A stretch of DNA of 64,000 nt from NCBI GenBank assembly GCA_963718895.1, contig CAVRAG010000008.1, positions 1,184,001 to 1,248,000 on the forward strand, read 5' to 3'. The stretch is from an uncultured Nitrososphaerota archaeon. Its GTDB lineage: Archaea > Thermoproteota > Nitrososphaeria > Nitrososphaerales > Gagatemarchaeaceae. A program made the position numbers and the translations under genes. Positions 57,048-64,000 of the stretch are shown one piece after another. The notes beneath the pieces are model-generated. The model saw only the letters and a program-made list of their open reading frames with translations, had not been told where the DNA came from and ran no database searches. Position 1 is the first letter of the stretch. Each line of letters opens with the position of its first letter.

Positions 57048-58813
57048 CAGGCTCTTATCTCCCTTGCGAGTGCGCTGAACTCCTGGTCCAGGGTCCCGTC
57101 TATGTCCTGGACGAAGGTCTCGAACTCGTCCTCCGGCGTCCACTTCATCTTGGCTATCTTGGACTTCACTGGAAAATTCGCTATCTGAGACGCCTGCGCC
57201 CCGGTCTTGATGGCCTCGGCCTCCCTCTTCCCGAAGAAGAGAATCGTCTTCATCATCAGGTACTGTTTCCTGATAGACGAGAAGGTGTCTACGGGGTCAT
57301 AGGCGCTCTGCTGGAGGTAGTCCTCCCTGATCATCTTCGCAATGTCCATCACACCCTTCTCGGACTCGGGGAGAGCGTCGTAGCCCACGAGCTGGACGAT
57401 ATCCTGGAGTTCGGCCTCTTTCTGAAGGATCTCGAGTGCCTCAATCCTCATCTCAGGCCAGTCTTTCGCAACGGTCTTCTGGTACCAGTTCCGGAGATCG
57501 CCGGTGTACAGCGAGTAGCTCGTCAGCCAGTTTATCGAGGGGAAGTGCCTGCGCGCGGCGAGGTTTGCGTCCAGCGCCCAGAACACCCTCGTCACCCGAA
57601 GCGTGTTCTGAGAGACCGGCTCTGAGAAGTCGCCGCCTGGCGGGGAGACCGCACCGACCACGGTCACCGACCCGATGCGCTCCTTGGGTGAGAGGGTGAC
57701 CACCTTGCCCGCCCTCTCGTAGAACTCTGCGAGCCTGCTGCCCAGATATGCGGGGTACCCTTCCTCGCCGGGCATCTCCTCGAGCCTGCCCGAGATTTCC
57801 CTGAGCGCCTCTGCCCACCTGGATGTACTGTCGGCCATGAGGGCGACGTCGTAGCCCATGTCTCTGTAGTATTCAGCAATCGTGATACCGGTGTAGATGC
57901 TTGCCTCCCTGGCGGCGACGGGCATGTTAGACGTGTTCGCGACGAGGACGGTCCGTTCCATGAGAGGCCTCTTCGACCGGGGGTCCTCGAGTTCAGGGAA
58001 CGTCGAGAGGACTTCGGCCATCTCGTTGCCTCTCTCTCCGCATCCCACGTAGACGATCACGGTGGCATCGCTCCACTTGGCAAGCTGCTGCTGCGCGACG
58101 GTCTTCCCGGAGCCGAATGGACCTGGAATCGCCGCGGTTCCGCCCTTTGCGACAGGGAAGAACGTGTCGAAGACGCGCTGACCCGTGAGGAGCGGCGCGT
58201 CAGGCGGGAGCTTCCGGGAAATGGGCCTCGGTATCCTGACCTTCCACTTGTTCGCAAGGAAGACGTCCACCTCTCCGTCAGAGGTCTTTACCCGACCGAT
58301 GGATTCTCTGATGGTGAACTTCCCTTCCTTGATCTCCTTGAGCTCTCCGGTGACGCCCGGAGGTATCATGATCTTGTGAAGGACCGGGGGAGTCTCCTGG
58401 ACCGTGCCGATTATCTCGCCGGGCGAGACCCGGTCGCCCTTCTTCTTGGTGGGTACAAAGTCCCACTTCTTCTTCTCGTCGAGAGGCGGGATGACAAGCC
58501 CCCTGCTGATGAAGTCACCGCTCTGCTCTCTGAGGATGTTGAGGGGCCTCTGGATTCCGTCGTAGATTGAAGTGAGAAGACCGGGGCCCAGCTCGACCGA
58601 GAGGGCTTGACCCGTGTTTATCACCTTGTCTCCCGGCTTTACACCCGTCGTATCCTCGTAGATCTGAATGGTGGCGGTCCCTCCCTCGAGCTTGATGACT
58701 TCTCCGATCAGACCCAGCTCGCCCACTCTGACGACGTCGAACATCTTCGCCCCTTCCGGACCGTCTGATGTTACGACCGGTCCGCTGACTCTGATTATTT
58801 TGGCTTCCTTCAT
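57047..58813 (-). CDS. atpA: A/V-type ATP synthase subunit A
   Basis: [33 protein letters not shown]. Confidence 0.97.
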   Translation of the reverse strand: MKEAKIIRVSGPVVTSDGPEGAKMFDVVRVGELGLIGEVIKLEGGTATIQIYEDTTGVKPGDKVINTGQALSVELGPGLLTSIYDGIQRPLNILREQSGDFISRGLVIPPLDEKKKWDFVPTKKKGDRVSPGEIIGTVQETPPVLHKIMIPPGVTGELKEIKEGKFTIRESIGRVKTSDGEVDVFLANKWKVRIPRPISRKLPPDAPLLTGQRVFDTFFPVAKGGTAAIPGPFGSGKTVAQQQLAKWSDATVIVYVGCGERGNEMAEVLSTFPELEDPRSKRPLMERTVLVANTSNMPVAAREASIYTGITIAEYYRDMGYDVALMADSTSRWAEALREISGRLEEMPGEEGYPAYLGSRLAEFYERAGKVVTLSPKERIGSVTVVGAVSPPGGDFSEPVSQNTLRVTRVFWALDANLAARRHFPSINWLTSYSLYTGDLRNWYQKTVAKDWPEMRIEALEILQKEAELQDIVQLVGYDALPESEKGVMDIAKMIREDYLQQSAYDPVDTFSSIRKQYLMMKTILFFGKREAEAIKTGAQASQIANFPVKSKIAKMKWTPEDEFETFVQDIDGTLDQEFSALAREIRA

Positions 58814-59154
58814 CAGGCGCTCACCTTGAGGTCCACACCGAGTATGCGTCTCGCGAGACTCGCAATCGACTCTTCTGAAACGTCAGCGGTCAGCGACGGC
58901 ATGAAGACCACCAACGGGACTATAGACGACCTGAGCTTCTCCCTCGTCGTCATCGAGAGATCCCTTCGTGCTTCGTCTCCTACCACTATCAGGCTGTAGT
59001 CGCCCGAGTTGAATAGGTCGAGCACCGTCTTCTGGGTCTCGCCCTTGCGGGCGATGAACGCGTCCTGGACGCCGAGAAGCTGATAGCCAAGAACGAGCTC
59101 CCTCTCCCCCACGACCGCGATCTTGCCGCTCTGCGCAGGTGTTCTGGAGCTCAA
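58813..59154 (-). CDS. atpF: A/V-type ATP synthase subunit F
   Basis: KIAVVG...LGYQLLG...ILGVDL. Confidence 0.9.
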   Translation of the reverse strand: MSSRTPAQSGKIAVVGERELVLGYQLLGVQDAFIARKGETQKTVLDLFNSGDYSLIVVGDEARRDLSMTTREKLRSSIVPLVVFMPSLTADVSEESIASLARRILGVDLKVSA

Positions 59155-59160
59155 TTGTGC

Positions 59161-60225
59161 TCAAACCGCTAAAATTACAGACTTAATGTATTCTTCGGTC
59201 ATGCCATACTGCTTTGCGTAGGTTATTCTGCGGATGTTCTGCCGTTCTATCTCCGCCTGGAAGATGAAGGCGAACACCGATGTGAGCGAGAGCGCCATGG
59301 CATCCAGGCTGGGCAGCGACCTCGCGACGATGAGCTTGTCGATCGCGACCTCGAACTCGTTGAGGTTCTGGTCCAGGCGGTACTTGGCGAAGGCCGGCGA
59401 GAGGTCGAACCACGGCTCGAACCTCTTCACGACGTCTCCGACATCTGCCGAGGAGTACGCCTCGAGGAGACTGGCCTGGCTGACCAGACCGCCGTCGATT
59501 AGGTGCCTGGAGACGGTCTCGCGGTCCAGGTTCAACTCCTTCGACTTTAGTATGCTCAGCAGGTTCTTCTTCGCGATCTCAGACCGGATGTACTCGCGGA
59601 GGACGCCTTCGTCACCCTGGATGAATCTCAACTGCCAGAGCAGCTTGGAGTAGTAGTAATTCTGCAGGGCACCCGAGAAGACCCCGAGGTCCCCCGACTT
59701 TCTGAATTCTCCGAGCTGCTGGAGTAGGACCGCCCCGTATCCGTATCGCACGAGCGAGTTTATCACGCCCTCGATGTCCGGCTGTTCCAGCATCCCGCGG
59801 AGCTCGCTCAGAGGGATGACGTTGGTGGAGACGCCCTCGGGCAGGTTGCGGCGCGGGACCAGGAAAGCCTCCGTCTCCTCCCTGCTCCTGCCCAGGCTCT
59901 TGGCGGCAAGTATGAGTTCGATGTTCTCGATGTCCCATTTCGCGAGGTAGGCCACGAGGATGGTCTTGCCGGAGCTTGGGGTGACCGACAGCGCTATCTT
60001 GTTCAGGTCCGCGATGTGGCTGTTCACGGCGAACTCGATGAGCTCCGGGGGCTTGTGTACCGCCGCGGACTCCTCGATGTCGGCCTTGTACCAGGTGGCT
60101 TCCAGCCTCTGGGCGACCTCGGCCACGTCCTTGGACCACGCGAGCTCGTAGAGCTGGTCGTTCGTGAGGAAGTCTATGGACATCGCCTTCAGTCTTCCGA
60201 AGGCCCCGGAGTAGGATTGCTTCAT
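59161..60225 (-). CDS. atpC: A/V-type ATP synthase subunit C
   Basis: GRLKAM, KWDIENI, EIERQNIR; operon position. Confidence 0.9.
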   Translation of the reverse strand: MKQSYSGAFGRLKAMSIDFLTNDQLYELAWSKDVAEVAQRLEATWYKADIEESAAVHKPPELIEFAVNSHIADLNKIALSVTPSSGKTILVAYLAKWDIENIELILAAKSLGRSREETEAFLVPRRNLPEGVSTNVIPLSELRGMLEQPDIEGVINSLVRYGYGAVLLQQLGEFRKSGDLGVFSGALQNYYYSKLLWQLRFIQGDEGVLREYIRSEIAKKNLLSILKSKELNLDRETVSRHLIDGGLVSQASLLEAYSSADVGDVVKRFEPWFDLSPAFAKYRLDQNLNEFEVAIDKLIVARSLPSLDAMALSLTSVFAFIFQAEIERQNIRRITYAKQYGMTEEYIKSVILAV

Positions 60226-60235
60226 CCGCGCCTGA

Positions 60236-60793
60236 CTACTCCTTGCCCATTATTGATGCGCGTACTTTCTCATCGTGGTTGCGGAGCATCTCCTCGAAGG
60301 TGAGGTCGAGCTCGAAGTTCCCGTCCTCGCTCTCTGCCTTGAAACCTCCAATCGCTGGAAGGTCCGCAGAGAGAACTCTGGCGCCGACCTTCTTGAACGT
60401 CTGGGCGTCTGCCGCCCTGCACCTCACCCCAATGTTCCCGCCGAGCCTCTTCGAGGCATATTGGACCAGCCTCGGGAGGAGCTGAGGATACTCCTTCGAA
60501 TCGGCAAACTCGGCCAGGACCTGCCTGAGCGCGGAGATGTTCGACTCGAGCATCTTCTCCGTCGCGTCGAAGCCCATCTTCTTGACCTGGAGCTTCGCGG
60601 CCCCGGCTATGCGCGCCTGTTCCTTTTGCGAGAGCAACGCAGCCTCTGTCTTGGAGGCCTCGATTATGCGGTTCCGCTCATCCGACGTGCGCTTGCGGAC
60701 TTCAGCCGTCTTGGCACCGTACTCATCCTCGAGCTGCTTGAGAGCCGCCTTCCGTTTCTCCTCAACCTCCTTCAGTAAGGTCTCGGTGCCCAC
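60236..60793 (-). CDS. atpE: A/V-type ATP synthase subunit E
   Basis: Coiled coil + IGGFKAESEDG..DLTFE. Confidence 0.88.
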   Translation of the reverse strand: MGTETLLKEVEEKRKAALKQLEDEYGAKTAEVRKRTSDERNRIIEASKTEAALLSQKEQARIAGAAKLQVKKMGFDATEKMLESNISALRQVLAEFADSKEYPQLLPRLVQYASKRLGGNIGVRCRAADAQTFKKVGARVLSADLPAIGGFKAESEDGNFELDLTFEEMLRNHDEKVRASIMGKE

Positions 60794-60811
60794 AAGGAAC
60801 CAGTCCGTCCC

Positions 60812-61036
60812 TTACAGGATGTTGAGTAGCAGTATGACGCCCAAGACGAACCCGATGATCCAGAGTGTCTCGGGGATGACGAAGAAGAATAGTACCGTGC
60901 CGAACTTCTCCGGCTTCTCACCGATGATGCCCATTCCCGCGGCTCCCATCCCGTGCTGAGCAATGCCAGTGGCGATCAGGCCCGAGGACATTACCATGGC
61001 CGCTGCTAGAGCTAGAGTTGTATCGACGACTACCAT
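60812..61036 (-). CDS. atpK: A/V-type ATP synthase proteolipid subunit K (single hairpin)
   Basis: Two TMs; IPETLW ion-binding Glu. Confidence 0.92.
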   Translation of the reverse strand: MVVVDTTLALAAAMVMSSGLIATGIAQHGMGAAGMGIIGEKPEKFGTVLFFFVIPETLWIIGFVLGVILLLNIL

Positions 61037-61168
61037 CTCTAAAGTCGTGCGGAGCGCCGATAAACCGTATTTATGTATATCTGTGGGAACAATCGCGAAT
61101 TCTCTCTCGCAGACAGTTTGGCCCGAGCCTGAGACGTCGCGTCGCCTGTCTTGGGCTCCATCTCTGGC

Positions 61169-62476
61169 TCAGTGCTCGGCCTCGGGCCCGCGACCCTCGC
61201 TGGAGAGCCTCATCGTGATGAAGGCCGCGACGCCCACCAGCAGGCCGGCGAGGATGAACGTGACGTGGAAGCCCAAGAAGTGGGAGACGAGCCCCGAGAC
61301 GACCGAGCCGACCGTGGTAGAGACTCCTACTATGGCGCTGTAGACCCCCAGGGACGACCCGTGGTTGTTCCCCCTTATCGAGTTGAAGACCATCGTGTTC
61401 GACGCGGTGTAGTATATCCCGTAGGCGACCCCGCTCGAGACAGGAAAGAGGATGAGCGCGGGGACGAAGAACCAGGTCCCGGCCACGAAGATGGAGACGA
61501 ACCCGAGGGCTGCGTAGCAGGCGCCCCTCAGGACGAGGCTCTGGACGGCGACTCTTGTCAGCGACCTGTTCGCTATGTAGCGCCCGGCGTACCTGAACGA
61601 GAAGACCGTGGCGACGAGCGCGGCGACGTTGAGCGTGTACACCTCGCTCTCGGTGAGCGAGTGCGAGTAGAACGAGGGGACCAGGGACGTGTTGAAAATC
61701 CCCCCGGCAAAGTAGAACACGACGATCGAGATGTAGAGCAGGGGGACGTAGCTGGTAAGCTCGTTTTGGAGACCCTTGAAGAGCCGCTGGAAGTCGGAGG
61801 GCCGGGGGACGTTGAGGAAGATGAGCGGGGATGCGGAGAGCCTCTGGAAGAATCCCGGCCGCTGCATGACGACGATCTCCTTCTCGAAGAGGAACGTCGG
61901 CTCCTGCATCAGTAGCGCGGCCGACGCCGCCGAGATGAGCGAGAGCAGGCCCAGAGGGATCATTAGCCAGACCGTCAGGTCCGGAAGGAACTGGGCCCAC
62001 GCGGCGCTGACGACGTAGCCGAGGATAGAGCCGACCGTCGACATGAGGGACAGCCTCGCGAACCCCGAGGCCCAGCGGCTCTTCGTCTCGGTCTCCATGA
62101 TGAGCAGGTTCAGTGGTGTGGCAGAGGCGGCGGAGATGAAGGAGACCAGGGAATAGACGAAGATCACCCCTGTGGTCGAGTTGGCGAAGAAGAAGGAGAA
62201 GAGGTAGATCGAAGTTATGGCATAGCTGGTCACGATGATGAGCCTCCGCCGGTGAAGCCTGTCGGTTACGATTCCCCAGATGATGGCGGCGGGGATGCTG
62301 ACGGCGCTGAAGAGCGAGAGAGCGACCGTGACATAGACGGTCCCCTCCTGGACCCCGTTGACGTGGAGCAGATAGAGCTGGACGTAGGTCCCGATGGGGC
62401 CAAGCGCTATGTTCACAGGAAGCGTCGAGTATACCCAGTCGATTCTCTTTCGTGGTGCCTTCTGTTTGGTGGACAA
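61169..62476 (-). CDS. MFS transporter
   Basis: ~12 TMs; WGIVTDRLHRRR motif A. Confidence 0.88.
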   Translation of the reverse strand: MSTKQKAPRKRIDWVYSTLPVNIALGPIGTYVQLYLLHVNGVQEGTVYVTVALSLFSAVSIPAAIIWGIVTDRLHRRRLIIVTSYAITSIYLFSFFFANSTTGVIFVYSLVSFISAASATPLNLLIMETETKSRWASGFARLSLMSTVGSILGYVVSAAWAQFLPDLTVWLMIPLGLLSLISAASAALLMQEPTFLFEKEIVVMQRPGFFQRLSASPLIFLNVPRPSDFQRLFKGLQNELTSYVPLLYISIVVFYFAGGIFNTSLVPSFYSHSLTESEVYTLNVAALVATVFSFRYAGRYIANRSLTRVAVQSLVLRGACYAALGFVSIFVAGTWFFVPALILFPVSSGVAYGIYYTASNTMVFNSIRGNNHGSSLGVYSAIVGVSTTVGSVVSGLVSHFLGFHVTFILAGLLVGVAAFITMRLSSEGRGPEAEH

Positions 62477-62565
62477 TCGATTGTGGCGACCCTTCCTCGG
62501 ACTTGTTACGGACCCGGCGGCATGGTCATAAAGACATATACCGCGAGGCTCTGACGGAAGAGAGC

Positions 62566-62955
62566 TTGGTCTCGACGAGCGGCTTCATGCTTGGCGTAAT
62601 CGGGGGGTTGCTAGACTTCGCCTCAGCGACCAGCGTAGTCATCAACCAAGGAGGCAGCGGCATGATGAACGGCTATCTCCTCTCCCCCGACGGGTGGGCC
62701 GTGGTCCTCGTCGGCCTCGGCATCCTGGTGGTAGCCGTGGCGGTCCTCTCGGCGACCTCGACCGGGGTGATGCACCTGAAGGGCTTCTCCCTGCTCATGG
62801 TGCTCCTCGGGTTCCTCATGGCGGTCATCGGCACACTCATGTCAGCGGGCTCGGTCGAGGGGTCGTCGACGATCTACAGCTACGGGATGGTGATCGTGGG
62901 AGCGCTGATGGCTATAAACGGCGCCTTGATGCTCAGGACTCCGATGCCGATCTAG
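62566..62955 (+). CDS. Four-TM membrane protein (start approximate)
   Basis: Hydrophobic part of ORF 62452-62955. Confidence 0.6.
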   Translation: MVSTSGFMLGVIGGLLDFASATSVVINQGGSGMMNGYLLSPDGWAVVLVGLGILVVAVAVLSATSTGVMHLKGFSLLMVLLGFLMAVIGTLMSAGSVEGSSTIYSYGMVIVGALMAINGALMLRTPMPI

Positions 62956-63014
62956 GTACGCGGCATTCGTGATCGCGCTGGGGAACGGGTGTCGCTGCCG
63001 GAACTGGAAGGCCC

Positions 63015-63308
63015 CTAGCTCCAGTGACCTTCAGGCGTGACGTCCTCTTCCATGACTCTCTTGAAGATGTACATCGATGCGAAGACGAGCACGACGACTA
63101 TGGCTATGTAAATCGGGACGAAAAACAAAGTCGACTGGGTCGGAACTGGGCCTTGGTTGCTTGGGAGGAGCGCCGTCGCGGCGAACGCGATGAGGACCAG
63201 AATCGAGCCTATCGGAACTGCGATGCGGATCATACGCGGCAGGACGGATGGGGCGGCCCCTTTGTTATGCGCGGGTTCTTCGTTGTTCTCGGGCACGTCT
63301 GTGACCAT
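63015..63308 (-). CDS. Two-TM membrane protein
   Basis: Hydropathy pattern. Confidence 0.55.
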   Translation of the reverse strand: MVTDVPENNEEPAHNKGAAPSVLPRMIRIAVPIGSILVLIAFAATALLPSNQGPVPTQSTLFFVPIYIAIVVVLVFASMYIFKRVMEEDVTPEGHWS

Positions 63309-63404
63309 TACGCCCGAGGTATTTCATGTTTTTCCTTCCTCCCGGGGCTCGGGGCCGGCCGGATAGCTTCGACACGGCAAGGGGCCCAGCGGGCGTGATG
63401 GGTC

Positions 63405-63737
63405 TCAGGTGGTCAGCCGAAGGATCGCTTTGGCGACCTCGCCGTCAGACTCCTCGAGCGCTATCACGGCCTTCTCCTTGGTGACGTTCGCCTGCTGCTG
63501 AACTAGCAGTATGTCCTCGTCCGAGAACTTCTTCCTCTCCCTCTCAACCTCCTCCACCTCGCCCATAACCTGGAATATGCGGCTCCCCTGGGCGTTGACT
63601 TCGGAGACCTGGGCGCCCGTGATGTGGATGTCCTTCGAGGAGGTCTTGATCACCACCTCCTCGACGTCAGCGATCTCCTTCATGTTGATGCCCATCCGGT
63701 CCATCATGCGGCGGGTCTTCCTGTCATCCAGTTTCAT
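63405..63737 (-). CDS. nac: Archaeal nascent polypeptide-associated complex protein
   Basis: RRMMDRMGI...VEEVVIKT; UBA-like EDILLVQQQA..ALEESDGEVAKAIL. Confidence 0.92.
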   Translation of the reverse strand: MKLDDRKTRRMMDRMGINMKEIADVEEVVIKTSSKDIHITGAQVSEVNAQGSRIFQVMGEVEEVERERKKFSDEDILLVQQQANVTKEKAVIALEESDGEVAKAILRLTT

Positions 63738-64000
63738 TCGTGAGCACTCCTCACCTTGACCGCCACCCCTGCCTTAAACTCTCTCATGAATGCGCCTGGG
63801 ACCTTCGCCCTTCCCACGGCTATCGGCGACCCGCGCTCGTCCAATACCACGACCTCCCCTCCGGGAAGGACGTGCTTGCCGGTCCTCACGACGAACTTGC
63901 AGAAGACGGACTTGCCCATGCGCACGAACCTGGCCGCCTCATCGCTCACCGTCACCGAGTTCTGCATGAACGCTCGGGAGGAGGCCAGGAGGCGGGCTGC
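63734..64000 (-). CDS. PUA-domain protein, partial (5' end outside the window)
   Basis: FVRMGKSVFCKFV...PGGEVVV...AVG...GVAVKVR. Confidence 0.85.
   Translation of the reverse strand, partial: AARLLASSRAFMQNSVTVSDEAARFVRMGKSVFCKFVVRTGKHVLPGGEVVVLDERGSPIAVGRAKVPGAFMREFKAGVAVKVRSAHE

Noticed and set aside
52257-62554. Many long overlapping or antisense ORFs across the ATPase and MFS region (and similar ones elsewhere)
   Set aside because: Shadow ORFs expected from high GC3 codon usage opposite well-supported genes.

Overview
GC-rich archaeal DNA, most consistent with a Thaumarchaeota/Nitrososphaerota-type genome (inferred from intron-containing tRNAs, archaeal NAC, A/V-type ATPase and an HTH-NrdD-like protein). 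The window has two parts. (1) About 1-39.9 kb: two related integrative elements sit back to back around an intron-containing tRNA-Trp, each with its own tyrosine integrase. The right element is about 31.5 kb and is bounded by a 19-bp repeat of the tRNA 3' end (8429-8447 / 39924-39942). (2) About 40-64 kb: chromosomal genes (permease, MPG glycosylase, tRNA-Pro with two introns, Amt, NrdJ, ATPase operon K-E-C-F-A-B-D-H-I, MFS, NAC). The main finding is in the right element. A TFB/TFIIB-like gene is split into three exons by two sister group II introns (RT-X-HNH proteins). By hand analysis both introns start GCGCG and end in CAG rather than AY; this is supported by a C at the gamma position, delta pairing to the first 3'-exon base, covarying EBS1/EBS2, and restoration of the reading frame. 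Each intron also carries a ~365-nt passenger membrane-protein gene, in a different RNA domain. Both elements carry small surface-protein genes sharing a 21-bp upstream motif and repeated junction sequences. All alignments and RNA folds were done by eye; no database searches were run.
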